Assembly (NCBI GenBank): GCA_001797465.1
Contig: MGPQ01000009.1
Coordinates: forward strand, 65,009-129,008
Length of the DNA stretch: 64,000 bases
Direction: 5' to 3'
From: Deltaproteobacteria bacterium GWB2_55_19
GTDB taxonomy: Bacteria; Desulfobacterota; GWC2-55-46
Below the pieces are notes generated by a model, which did not search any database, had not been told where the DNA came from, and worked only from the letters and a program-made list of their open reading frames with translations. This document shows, in pieces, positions 1 to 9,029 of the stretch. Every line of letters begins with the position of its first letter. Positions within the stretch are counted from its first letter, which is position 1. Position numbers and translations under genes: made by a program.

Positions 1-2
1 CC

Positions 3-287
3 GAGACAGAAGGTCTCCCCACGGCGCTACTTGAGGCGATGAGCTACGGGAACGCCTGCCTTGTGAGCGACATACCCGAGAACATCGAGGCGTTGAACTC
101 GCTCGGCTTCACATTCAGGACAAAGGACGCAGACGACCTGGCCGAAAAAATAAAAGCCCTCTCAGGGGAAGGCGCGAAGATCGAGAAACTCAGGCCAAAG
201 GCAAAAAAATATGTACTTGAAAATTTTTCGTGGGATAATATAGCGGTGGAATTTGAAGAGCTTTATAAAAAAGCGCTGACGAATTAA
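3..287 (+). CDS. Glycosyltransferase family 4 (GT-B), C-terminal part; truncated by window start
   Basis: Frame is open from the window edge and reads ETEGLPTALLEAMSYGNACLVSDI...FSWDNIA, the EGxP-x4-EAM signature of GT4 enzymes. Confidence 0.88.
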   Translation, partial: ETEGLPTALLEAMSYGNACLVSDIPENIEALNSLGFTFRTKDADDLAEKIKALSGEGAKIEKLRPKAKKYVLENFSWDNIAVEFEELYKKALTN

Positions 288-315
288 ATAACAACCAATT
301 CAGGAAGAGTATCTT

Positions 316-436
316 CGAACGCAAGAAATGGCCTTTAGACAAGACGTGCGACGAGGAAAACCGCAGGCGTACTTGGTGTGTACGTCGAGGATTTTCCGAG
401 GAGCACAACGCAGTATAAGGCCATTTATCGCGTTCG
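316..436. repeat. ~120-bp palindromic miniature element (MITE/REP-like)
   Basis: Terminal inverted repeats CGAACGC/GCGTTCG and AAATGGCCTT/AAGGCCATTT; central GGCGTAC-N7-GTACGTC palindrome; intergenic. Confidence 0.75.
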
Positions 437-463
437 CCACAATCAACCGGAACGGAAAAAACG

Positions 464-1453
464 ATGAACCCGATAAAATTTGCCAGCGTTATCGTAACCT
501 ACCGCTGTAACGCCAAATGCCACATGTGCAACACCTGGCAGTACCCATCGAAGAGTGAAGAGGAAATAGGCATACCCGTTTACCAAAAACTCCCCTATCT
601 GAATACCGTCAACGTCACCGGCGGCGAGCCGTTCTTAAGGAAGGACCTTGACGAGATAGTCGAGGTCTTGAAGACGAAGTCCAAGAGGCTCGTCATAAGC
701 TCGAACGGGTACTTCACCGACCGGGTATTGCGGCTTTTCGAGAAGCACAGGGACATAGGCATAAGGATAAGCATAGAGGGGCTTCCAAAGGCCAACGACG
801 AGCTCCGGGGCTTAAGCGACGGCTTCGACCGAGGCATAAGGACGCTTATTGAGCTCAACCGCATGGGCGTAAAGGACATAGGCTTCGGCATCACGGTTAC
901 CGACAGGAACGCTAAAGACGTGATGGAGCTCTACCACCTCGCCAGGATGATGGGCCTGGAATTCGCCACAGCCGCGATACACAACGCCTTCTACTTCCAC
1001 AAGTTCGACAACGAGTTCAAGGACCCGGACGCGGCGAGCGCCGAGTTCAAGAGGCTCATAGCTGAACTACTTAAATCCAACAAGGTCAAGGACTGGTTCA
1101 GGGCGTACTTCAACTACGGGCTCGTCAACTACATCAAGGGCAACCCGAGGCTGTTGCCATGCGAGATGGGCATGGACTCATTCTTCCTCGACCCCTGCGG
1201 GCAGATACTCCCATGCAACGTCCTGAACGAGCCGATGGGCAACCTTAAGGACGCCTCCTTTGACGAGATATGGAAGGGCGCGCGCGCCGAAGAGGTGAGG
1301 AAGATGGTCCGGGGGTGCTCTGAGCGGTGCTGGATGATAGGGTCGGTCGCCCAACAGATGAAAAAACGCATTTCAGAGCCCGCGCTCTGGGTATTAAAAC
1401 ACAAGTTTCTGGGCAAGAAGCTGGAGGACTCCTGCGTATTCGCTAAGAAATAG
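464..1453 (+). CDS. Radical SAM protein with SPASM/twitch-type C-terminal domain
   Basis: CxxxCxxC (CNAKCHMC), TGGEP motif, C-terminal C..G.ILPCN...CxxxC. Confidence 0.92.
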   Translation: MNPIKFASVIVTYRCNAKCHMCNTWQYPSKSEEEIGIPVYQKLPYLNTVNVTGGEPFLRKDLDEIVEVLKTKSKRLVISSNGYFTDRVLRLFEKHRDIGIRISIEGLPKANDELRGLSDGFDRGIRTLIELNRMGVKDIGFGITVTDRNAKDVMELYHLARMMGLEFATAAIHNAFYFHKFDNEFKDPDAASAEFKRLIAELLKSNKVKDWFRAYFNYGLVNYIKGNPRLLPCEMGMDSFFLDPCGQILPCNVLNEPMGNLKDASFDEIWKGARAEEVRKMVRGCSERCWMIGSVAQQMKKRISEPALWVLKHKFLGKKLEDSCVFAKK

Positions 1454-1524
1454 GAGTGTATAGTCAAAACCCCATTAAGTACATGCCTATGCCTTTCCCG
1501 CGCTCCTTGCGGTATAATTGACGC

Positions 1525-2715
1525 ATGACCTCAAGGATAATCCTTTTTCTTGCTGTCTATATCGCCGCGCACCTCTTCCTCTGCTTCTCGTTCGCGCGCC
1601 TTTTCCAGCTCCCGAAGGGGCGGGCAAGGATAGCGTTATTCGCCGGGATTTTCATCCTTGGCCTCAGCCACATACTCTCCATAGTCCTTCTCCGGATTGA
1701 CTACAACGCCTTCACAAGGGCGCTTTACGCGATTACCGCCGCGTGGACAGGCCTTGCGCTAAACCTCCTGATGACGGCGGTCGTCTGCCTCATCTTGTCC
1801 CTCGTCTTTTCCCTCGCAGGCAAAAGGGCATACACGCGCAGGGCCGCCTTAGCCCTGTTTACGGCGGCGTTCCTGTTTTCGGTATACGGCGTCTGGAACG
1901 CATTCCACCCCGTAATAAAGACAGTCGAGGTGGATCTCCCGGGGCTCCCCGAGGTCTGGCGCAAAAAAACTGTTCTGCAGATAACGGACGCGCACTTAGG
2001 CGCTGTCTACTCTCCAAAGCATATGGAAAAAATGGCGGAGCGAATCAACTCGCTCGACCCTGACCTGATCTTCATAACAGGCGACCTCTTTGACGGGATG
2101 AGCTCGGGCAAACTCAACGACTTCGTTGCCTCCATCGACTCATTGAAGGCGAAGGACGGCGTCTTCTTCGTAACAGGCAACCACGAGGGCTACATAGGGC
2201 TCGACCTGGTCTTCGAAACGCTCTCGCGTACGAAGGTAAAGGTCCTCCGCGACGACGTGGCGATAGTCGACGGCGTCCAGATAATCGGCGTGGATTATCC
2301 GGTCTACGGCGCCGCGAGAGATGTGGAAGCAATTGTCCGCAAAAGGCCCGGCTTCAAAGACGGCGCGCCCTCTATTCTCCTCTATCACACGCCGACGTCC
2401 ATCGACCGGACGTCCTCTGCTTCCTTCGGAGAGCACCAGTCAAGGACTTATCTAAGGCCAAAGGTCGACTTTACCGCCGCCAAAAGTCTCGGGGTGAAGG
2501 TCCAGCTCTCGGGGCACACCCACGGCGGGCAGATATACCCGTTCGTCTGGCTCGCCGATTACCTCTACAACGGCTATTCCTACGGGCTTAAAAGGGACGG
2601 CGGGTTTTCCATCTATATTTCAAGCGGACTCGGGACCTTCGGCCCGCCGATGAGGACAGGGACGAGGCCGGAGATAGTAGTAGTGAGGTTTGAGGACGCG
2701 GCAAGGGCGGAATGA
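1525..2715 (+). CDS. Membrane-anchored calcineurin-like metallophosphoesterase (YkuE/YaeI-like)
   Basis: N-terminal TM helices; DxH (TDAHLG), GDxxD (TGDLFD), GNHE, GHTHGGQ motifs. Confidence 0.92.
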   Translation: MTSRIILFLAVYIAAHLFLCFSFARLFQLPKGRARIALFAGIFILGLSHILSIVLLRIDYNAFTRALYAITAAWTGLALNLLMTAVVCLILSLVFSLAGKRAYTRRAALALFTAAFLFSVYGVWNAFHPVIKTVEVDLPGLPEVWRKKTVLQITDAHLGAVYSPKHMEKMAERINSLDPDLIFITGDLFDGMSSGKLNDFVASIDSLKAKDGVFFVTGNHEGYIGLDLVFETLSRTKVKVLRDDVAIVDGVQIIGVDYPVYGAARDVEAIVRKRPGFKDGAPSILLYHTPTSIDRTSSASFGEHQSRTYLRPKVDFTAAKSLGVKVQLSGHTHGGQIYPFVWLADYLYNGYSYGLKRDGGFSIYISSGLGTFGPPMRTGTRPEIVVVRFEDAARAE

Positions 2716-2752
2716 AGCATACGATAAAAGAGGCCTATTTGATTCAATCTGA

Positions 2753-2874
2753 AAGGTTGCTGAAAAAGCTCTAGATGCGAGGCGTCGAGTAGCGAGGAGG
2801 GAGGCGTACTTTTTTGTACGCCGCAGTGACGCGCGACGATGACAACAAAGCAGATGGACTTTTTGAGCAACCTT
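2753..2874. repeat. ~122-bp palindromic miniature element between convergent genes
   Basis: 16-bp terminal inverted repeat AAGGTTGCTGAAAAAG / CTTTTTGAGCAACCTT (1 mismatch); central GGCGTAC..GTACGCC palindrome. Confidence 0.8.
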
Positions 2875-2875
2875 G

Positions 2876-3604
2876 CTAAGTTTCCAGCTTCCCCATGAAC
2901 ACCCGCTCCAAAATGCCGCTTGTGCGCAGCCCCTCTGCCGTCTCTTCCGCTACGACCTTGCCCTTGTCGAGCACATAGGCGCGGTCGACAATCCCCAGGA
3001 GGGATTTAAGGTTGTGCTCGACGACCATGACTGAGGTCCCCTTGGACTCGTTTATCTCCTTTATCTTCGCGAAGACCTCCTTGATAATCTTCGGCGAGAG
3101 TCCAAGCGACGGCTCGTCCAGAAGTAGCGCCCTCGGCCCTGCCACAAGCCCCCTCGCTATGGCGAGCATCTGTTGCTCCCCGCCTGAAAGCGCCCTCGCC
3201 TTCAACTTCCTCTTTTTTTTAAGGGCAGGGAAGAACGCGAGCGCCTCCTCCACCCGGCGCGCCGTCTCCTCGCGGTCTTTCAAAAAGTAAGCGCCGATCT
3301 CCAGGTTCTCTTCGATTGAGAGGCGCGTAAATACCCTCCGCCCCTGCGGCACGAGGACGACGCCCCGGCGGACCATCTCGTGCACGACAGGCGTAAACGG
3401 CCTGCCCTCAAGCATGACCTGGCCGGACGCGAGCGGGGCGAGCCCGAAGGCCGCCTTCAGGACGGTGGACTTACCAGCGCCGTTCGGCCCCATGAGCGCG
3501 ACTATCTCGCCCCTCCTAAGCGAGACGTCGACCTTATCGAGCGCCTTGACGCCCCCGTAAAGTACCGATACGCCTTTCAGATGCAAGAGGTCTTCTTTTT
3601 TCAT
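2876..3604 (-). CDS. livF: Branched-chain amino acid-type ABC transporter ATP-binding protein
   Basis: GPNGAGKST, VPQGRRVF, LSGGEQQMLAIARGL, LLLDEPSLGLSP. Confidence 0.92.
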   Translation of the reverse strand: MKKEDLLHLKGVSVLYGGVKALDKVDVSLRRGEIVALMGPNGAGKSTVLKAAFGLAPLASGQVMLEGRPFTPVVHEMVRRGVVLVPQGRRVFTRLSIEENLEIGAYFLKDREETARRVEEALAFFPALKKKRKLKARALSGGEQQMLAIARGLVAGPRALLLDEPSLGLSPKIIKEVFAKIKEINESKGTSVMVVEHNLKSLLGIVDRAYVLDKGKVVAEETAEGLRTSGILERVFMGKLET

Positions 3605-3623
3605 CGTTCCATATCGCCGCCCG

Positions 3624-4382
3624 TTACTCGCCGAGATACGCCTCTATGACGTCTCTCCTCTCAAGCACCTCAGCCGGGCTTCCCTCGGCGAGGAACCTGC
3701 CGCTGTCCATCACTATCACGTGGTCTGAGAGCTCCCGGATGAGGTCCATGTTGTGCTCTATGAGGATGACCGTCCTCCCCTCGTCCCGCAACTCCCGGAT
3801 GATGGATGACACGGTCTTGACCATCTTAGGGAAGAGCCCCGCGAACGGCTCGTCAAATATAATTATATCCATCTGCCTCCCGGCTGAGACGGCGAGCACC
3901 CTCGCTATCTCAAGAAGCTTCCTCTGCCCGTAGGAGAGACCGGAGGCGAGCCCGCCCCTCTTTTCCCATAGCCCTACTTTCTTCAACGCCTCTTCGGCCT
4001 GCCTTTCGTGAAATGCGCCGTGCCTCTCGAAGAGCGCGCCGAAAACAGACCTCTCGGTCAGGACGACGAGGACATTATCAATGACCGGCATCTGCTCAAA
4101 GAGCCGCACCTCCTGGAAGGTCCGCGCCATGCCGTAGGAAGGCATGTCAAAAGGCCTTATCTTTTTGAGCGTTACCGTGCCGTGGAGGACAACGCACCCG
4201 CCGTCGATTTCTGCGAGCCCGCTTAAGACGTTCGTAAGTGTGGTCTTCCCAGAGCCGTTCGGACCGATGACGCTCGTAACCTTGCCCTTGGCGATTGAAA
4301 TAGAGAGGTCGTCCACCGCACGCACGCCGTCGAAGCGCTTCGTAAGGCCCTTTGTCTTGAGTATGGCGTCTGTCTTTGTCAC
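3624..4382 (-). CDS. livG: Branched-chain amino acid-type ABC transporter ATP-binding protein
   Basis: GPNGSGKTT, ARTFQ, LSYGQRKLLEIAR, IEHNM, C-terminal VIEAYLG. Confidence 0.92.
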   Translation of the reverse strand: MTKTDAILKTKGLTKRFDGVRAVDDLSISIAKGKVTSVIGPNGSGKTTLTNVLSGLAEIDGGCVVLHGTVTLKKIRPFDMPSYGMARTFQEVRLFEQMPVIDNVLVVLTERSVFGALFERHGAFHERQAEEALKKVGLWEKRGGLASGLSYGQRKLLEIARVLAVSAGRQMDIIIFDEPFAGLFPKMVKTVSSIIRELRDEGRTVILIEHNMDLIRELSDHVIVMDSGRFLAEGSPAEVLERRDVIEAYLGE

Positions 4383-5245
4383 AGCTTGAACTCCCCGAAG
4401 AGCCCCTGCGGCCTGTAGAGCATGAGAACGACGAGAAACAGCCCGTAGACGACGTGCCGCATCTGCGCGGCGATTGCCTGCGGGAAACCCGCGAACCTGA
4501 GCGCCTCTGGCAACAGGACGAGGACGAGCGCGCCTATAACAGAGCCCTTGAGGCTTGAGAGCCCGCCGAAGATGATTATGGCGAGTATGAAGACCGACTC
4601 CATCACGGTGAAGCTCGACGGGTCGACGAAGTTTATGTAGGAAGCGACGAGAGACCCGGCGACAGCCGCCATCCCGGCGGATATTACGAATATGGCGAGC
4701 TTGAAATATACGGTGTTGTAGCCGAAGACCTGTATCGCCTTTTCGTCCTCCCTGATCGACTTAAGGACCCTGCCGAACGACGAGCGCGCCACAAACCTGG
4801 CGGCAAGGAATGTGAGGGCGAGGAAGCAGGCGGCAAGCGCGAGGAAAAATACTCCGGAGGAAAAATCCATCCCGAAAAGCGCGGGCCTCGGCACGCCAGG
4901 AATGCCAAGCGGCCCGCGTGTAAGCCCGTGCCAATTGAGGAACACGCTGTAGATTATGACGTTGAAGCCTAATGAAACGAGGGCGTAGTAATCCCCGTCG
5001 AACCTGGAGAGGACCGCTCCTATGAGAAAGGCGGCTCCGGCCGAGGCGGCTATGCCTGCTGCCATTGAAGCGAAGAAGTTTACTCCAAGGCTTGTCGTCA
5101 GTATGGCTGTTGAGTACGCGCCTATGCCGTAGAAGGCCGCGTGCCCGCTCGCCAGCAAACCCGTGTAGCCTACGACGAGGTTCAGACTCAAGCCGAGGAT
5201 GGCGTATATGATGACAAGGGTCGCAAGGTGCAGTATGTAGTCCAT
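4379..5245 (-). CDS. livM: Branched-chain amino acid-type ABC transporter permease
   Basis: LNLVVGYTGL..GHAAFYGIGAY, S.FGR.LKSIREDE, RPQGL. Confidence 0.9.
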   Translation of the reverse strand: MDYILHLATLVIIYAILGLSLNLVVGYTGLLASGHAAFYGIGAYSTAILTTSLGVNFFASMAAGIAASAGAAFLIGAVLSRFDGDYYALVSLGFNVIIYSVFLNWHGLTRGPLGIPGVPRPALFGMDFSSGVFFLALAACFLALTFLAARFVARSSFGRVLKSIREDEKAIQVFGYNTVYFKLAIFVISAGMAAVAGSLVASYINFVDPSSFTVMESVFILAIIIFGGLSSLKGSVIGALVLVLLPEALRFAGFPQAIAAQMRHVVYGLFLVVLMLYRPQGLFGEFKL

Positions 5246-5267
5246 CTTTTCTTTCCTGACGCGTCCG

Positions 5268-6131
5268 TTATCTCTTAATTATCCCCTGGGGCCTGAATAC
5301 GAGAAAGACTATAAGAAGTAGGAACGAGACCGCGTCCTTCCATTCGCCTGGTATCATCCAAATCCCGAGGTTCTCGACGAGCCCCAGGAGAAAAGCGCCG
5401 AGCACGCCCCCATAAATATTACCGACCCCTCCAATAATGGAAGCGATGACGCCCTTAAGCAGGAGCCCCATGCCCATCGTCGGCTGTATGCCGGTGTCGA
5501 ACCCGACGAGTATCCCGGCGAGCCCGGCAAGGGCCGAGCCTATGAAAAATACATAGCCCGTGACCCTGCCTGTATTTATGCCGACCATCCTCGCGACTTC
5601 CTCGTCGTCGCTTATCGCCCTTACGGCCTTTCCGAAGGACGTGCCGTTAAGGAGCGCGGCCAGGCCGAGCATAGAGGCCAGGCTTGAGAATATTATAATG
5701 ACCTGGGTCCGCGTGACGACGCCGCCGAGCACGCTCAACGCCTCCTGCCCGGCGGTCTCAGAGAGCGTCTGGAACTGGCTGGTAAAGATGATGGAGAGGG
5801 CCGCCTGCGCAGTCGTAAAGACGCCGAGCGAGGCTACGAGGAGGACGAGGTTGGAGGCCTTCCTCTTCCGGAGCTTCGAGTAGACGAGCCTGTCGAAGCC
5901 GTAACCCGCAAGGCCCGCTATCGCGACCCCCGTGGCGACGCTGAGATAAATATTCAGCCCGAGCATTTTTGAGAGCGTGAAGAAGGCATACCCGCCGATC
6001 GCGGCGAGGACCCCGTGCGCGAGGTTAAAAAACCTTGTGACCCCGTAGATGAGATTGAAGCCGAGCGCCATGAGCGCGTAGAGGGCGCCCGCCATAACGC
6101 CGTTCAGGATGAGTTGAGAGAGGATTTCCAT
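5268..6131 (-). CDS. livH: Branched-chain amino acid-type ABC transporter permease
   Basis: GALYALMALGFNLIYG...NLAHG, FGKAVRA, IIGGVGNIYG, RPQGI. Confidence 0.9.
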   Translation of the reverse strand: MEILSQLILNGVMAGALYALMALGFNLIYGVTRFFNLAHGVLAAIGGYAFFTLSKMLGLNIYLSVATGVAIAGLAGYGFDRLVYSKLRKRKASNLVLLVASLGVFTTAQAALSIIFTSQFQTLSETAGQEALSVLGGVVTRTQVIIIFSSLASMLGLAALLNGTSFGKAVRAISDDEEVARMVGINTGRVTGYVFFIGSALAGLAGILVGFDTGIQPTMGMGLLLKGVIASIIGGVGNIYGGVLGAFLLGLVENLGIWMIPGEWKDAVSFLLLIVFLVFRPQGIIKR

Positions 6132-6181
6132 TAGATGATTTCTGGGACACGTCTTTCCAATAGACTGCTAAAAAAGTCCGG

Positions 6182-7306
6182 CTACTTCGCGCCTGCGGCC
6201 TTGCCGCCCCTTACTTCCCTTACGGAATAGTCGGCGTTCTTTATATCGCCGTTGGCGTCAAAGGTATAGTTGTCCGCTATGCCCTTGTAGTCGGCTACCC
6301 CGTAGATGCCTTTTTTTATGAGGACGGTGTCGGTCCCTGCGGTCTCCATGACGGATGCGAGTATTTTAAGGGCGTCGTAGGCGCGCGGCGCGTAGACGTT
6401 TATCTCCTTGCCGCCGGTCTTTTTAGACAAGGCGTCGACAAACCCTTCCGGATAGGCCTTGTTGGCGGGCTCAAGGTACATGGCGCCATCGCCGTCGCCC
6501 TTTACGCTCTCCCAAATCTTGGGGTCGCTCCACGCGTCCGCGCCAAAGACCGGCGCCTTGACGCCGAGCTCTCTCATCTGCCGGAGGCCCACTATGGTCC
6601 CCTCGGTGTAGCTCACAAAATATACGAGCTCGGGGTTGGCGGCCTTTATCTTTACAAGCTGGCCTCTTAAGTCCCTGCTGTCCTGCGGGAAGGCCTCTTC
6701 CCCGACTATCTCTCCGCCGAGTCTCACGAACTCGGCCTTGAAGGAATCGTTCACGCCGAGGCACCAGTCAGATAGGCACTTAAGGAGCGCAACACGCTGT
6801 TTGTTGAGCTTCGTCCTTACATACTTCGCGGCGTAGACGCCCTGGAAGGAGTCCGACGGCACGTTCCTGAAGATGTAGTCGCCCGCGTTCGTTATGCCGG
6901 GGTTTGTCGAGCCTGCGGACAGGAGTATCACCTTCGATTTTTCGGCGAGCGGGGCCATGGCGAGCGTTTCCGAAGAGCAGAGCCCGCCAATAATCGCCGT
7001 CACTTTGTCGATGTTTATTAGTTTGTTGGCGGCGTTGGCTGCCTCCTTGGGGTCGCATTTGCCGTCCTCGTAGATAATCTCTATCTTTTTGCCCTTTATG
7101 CCGCCTGCGGAGTTTATCTCGTCGCTCGCGAGCTCGACGGCCGCCTTCATGTTCTCGCCGATGTAGGCGAGATCGCTCGTCAACGGCCCCACGGACCCTA
7201 TCCTTATTATGTTCGCCTCCCCGGCTTCCTTGCCGGACTTCGAGCACCCGGCCGCGAGGGATATGAGCGCAATTACTCCGAAGAGGGCCTTGAAGGTCTT
7301 TTTCAT
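6182..7306 (-). CDS. Branched-chain amino acid-type ABC transporter substrate-binding lipoprotein (LivJ/LivK family)
   Basis: Start moved to MKKTF (AAGGA SD); lipobox LAAGC; EIN..GGI.G.KI...YED, GGLCSS. Confidence 0.9.
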   Translation of the reverse strand: MKKTFKALFGVIALISLAAGCSKSGKEAGEANIIRIGSVGPLTSDLAYIGENMKAAVELASDEINSAGGIKGKKIEIIYEDGKCDPKEAANAANKLINIDKVTAIIGGLCSSETLAMAPLAEKSKVILLSAGSTNPGITNAGDYIFRNVPSDSFQGVYAAKYVRTKLNKQRVALLKCLSDWCLGVNDSFKAEFVRLGGEIVGEEAFPQDSRDLRGQLVKIKAANPELVYFVSYTEGTIVGLRQMRELGVKAPVFGADAWSDPKIWESVKGDGDGAMYLEPANKAYPEGFVDALSKKTGGKEINVYAPRAYDALKILASVMETAGTDTVLIKKGIYGVADYKGIADNYTFDANGDIKNADYSVREVRGGKAAGAK

Positions 7307-7420
7307 GGTTTTTCCTTTGGATAAGATATTTCGAAAAATTATCATAATGAGGGGCCGGAATCAATTCAGAAGTGTCTTGAAAAGCCGCGGTATGGAAACT
7401 CCGGGGAAAAGGTGGTATAA

Positions 7421-7452
7421 AATAAAGGCGGACTGCTTGCGTAGCCCGCCTT
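7421..7452 (-). terminator. Probable intrinsic terminator downstream of the beta-propeller gene
   Basis: AAGGCGG...CCGCCTT stem followed by a T-rich run on the minus strand. Confidence 0.6.
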
Positions 7453-7487
7453 ATTAAATAAAAAGAATCGGGACTATACCGGTTTTT

Positions 7488-8819
7488 TTATTGCCTTACC
7501 CCGTTCGTATCATACTTGAGCAGAAAGATATCGGACGATCCCGCGCTCGTATTCCCGTCGAGACCGCCATAGGTATATCCTGTCACATATATTTCGCCGG
7601 TACTCTCTACGGCAATGCTATAACCGCCTTCGCCAGATGACGTCCCGAATTGCTGGATCCATTGTTTTGCGCCAGTTGAATCGTATTTCAACAGAAAGAT
7701 ATCGTTCGAACCTGCACTCGTATTACCGTCGAAGCCGCCATAGGTATATCCTGTCACATAAACATTGCCGCTGCTGTCGAGGGCAACGCCTTCAGCATTG
7801 TCATAATTTGACGTTCCGAGTTGCTGCGTCCATTGTTTTGCGCCGGCTGAATCATATTTAACCAGAAAAACATCAGGTAATCCTGCGCTCGTATTACCGT
7901 CAAGGCCGCCATAGGCATATCCTGTCACATAAACATTGCCGCTACTGTCGACGGCAACGCCTTCAGCAAATTCCTCACTTGACGTTCCTAATTGCTGTGT
8001 CCATTGTTTTGTGCCGGATGAATCGTATTTCACCAAAAAGATATCGGGTGCGGCGCTAAAGTAAGGGCCGGCAGAGGTAGCGCCTGTCACATAGACATTG
8101 CCGCTACTGTCAAGGGCAACATCATAAGCGTAATCACTATTACCTGATATTCCGAATTGCTGCGTCCATTGTCTTGCGCCGGTTGAATCGTATTTAACAA
8201 GAAAAACATCGGTACCTCCTGCGCTCGTATTACCGTCAAGTCCGCCATAGGTATATCCTGTCACATAGATGTCGCCGCTGCTGTCGAGGGCAACGCCTTC
8301 AGCATTGTCATAATTTGACGTTCCGAGTTGCCGCGTCCATTGTTTTGCGCCGGTTGAATCGTATTTCACCAGAAAGATATCGTACGAACCTGCGCTCGTA
8401 TTCCCGTCGAGACCGCCATCGGTAAAGCCTGTCACATAGGTGTTGCCGCTATTGTCGACGGCAACGCCTTCAGCGTAATCATCCCCTGCCGTTCCGATTT
8501 GCCGCGTCCATTGTTTTGCGCCGGTTGAATCGTATTTAACAAGAAAAACATCGGGACCTCCTGCGCTCGTATTACCGTCAAGGCCGCCGTAGGTAAAGCC
8601 TGCCGCATAAATGTTGCCGCTATTGTCGATGGCAACGTCCTTAGCGTAATCATCACTTGACGTACCGAATTGCCGCGCCCCTGTCCATCCTGATGGAGTA
8701 GTGTCGGTTGGAGTAGTGCCAGATGGGATTGGGGCCTCACCGCCGCATGACACCAGTGAAACCGAAGGAAATAAAACAAAAAACCAAAATAGGGCCTTAA
8801 AAGTGATCTCCCGATACAT
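7488..8819 (-). CDS. SBBP-type seven-bladed beta-propeller repeat lipoprotein
   Basis: Lipobox LVSC, P/T-rich linker, seven ~57-aa repeats VAVDSSGNVYVTG-YTYGGLDGNTSAG-DIFLVKYDSTGAKQW. Confidence 0.88.
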   Translation of the reverse strand: MYREITFKALFWFFVLFPSVSLVSCGGEAPIPSGTTPTDTTPSGWTGARQFGTSSDDYAKDVAIDNSGNIYAAGFTYGGLDGNTSAGGPDVFLVKYDSTGAKQWTRQIGTAGDDYAEGVAVDNSGNTYVTGFTDGGLDGNTSAGSYDIFLVKYDSTGAKQWTRQLGTSNYDNAEGVALDSSGDIYVTGYTYGGLDGNTSAGGTDVFLVKYDSTGARQWTQQFGISGNSDYAYDVALDSSGNVYVTGATSAGPYFSAAPDIFLVKYDSSGTKQWTQQLGTSSEEFAEGVAVDSSGNVYVTGYAYGGLDGNTSAGLPDVFLVKYDSAGAKQWTQQLGTSNYDNAEGVALDSSGNVYVTGYTYGGFDGNTSAGSNDIFLLKYDSTGAKQWIQQFGTSSGEGGYSIAVESTGEIYVTGYTYGGLDGNTSAGSSDIFLLKYDTNGVRQ

Positions 8820-8893
8820 ATTCCCTCATAAAATTTTATAAGGCGGGCTCAGACCATTAAAAGGGGGTGGTTCAACACAAGTAAAATACAACA

Positions 8894-8923
8894 AGGGGGT
8901 TCCGGCTTGAGCCAAAACCCCCT
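8894..8923 (-). terminator. Hairpin downstream of the tRNA pair, probable terminator
   Basis: AGGGGGTT...AACCCCCT stem about 30 bp after the tRNA-Glu 3' end. Confidence 0.55.
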
Positions 8924-8953
8924 ATGGCAAAAAGATTACGGCCTCGATTTTCT

Positions 8954-9029
8954 TGGCGTCCCCACAGGGATTCGAACCCTGGTCGCCGCCGTGAAAGGGC
9001 GGTGTCCTTGGCCTCTAGACGATGGGGAC
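8954..9029 (-). tRNA. tRNA-Glu (TTC)
   Basis: Reverse complement GTCCCCATCGTCTAGAGGCCAAGGACACCGCCC-TTTCAC-GGCGGCGACCAGGGTTCGAATCCCTGTGGGGACGCCA; 76 nt, CCA encoded. Confidence 0.97.

Noticed and set aside
2613..2870. 85-aa ORF beginning MLKKSIC
   Set aside because: Starts inside the 2753-2874 palindromic element and runs antisense into the phosphoesterase gene
7488..8819. Near-identical DNA repeats suggested a CRISPR array or a DGR template/variable pair
   Set aside because: The repeats are in-frame protein blades of about 171 bp with no unique spacers; no cas or reverse transcriptase gene is present and the differences are not adenine-specific
7350..8953. Integrative island at tRNA-Glu
   Set aside because: No integrase and no duplicated tRNA 3' end (att site) found; only the compositional hint remains
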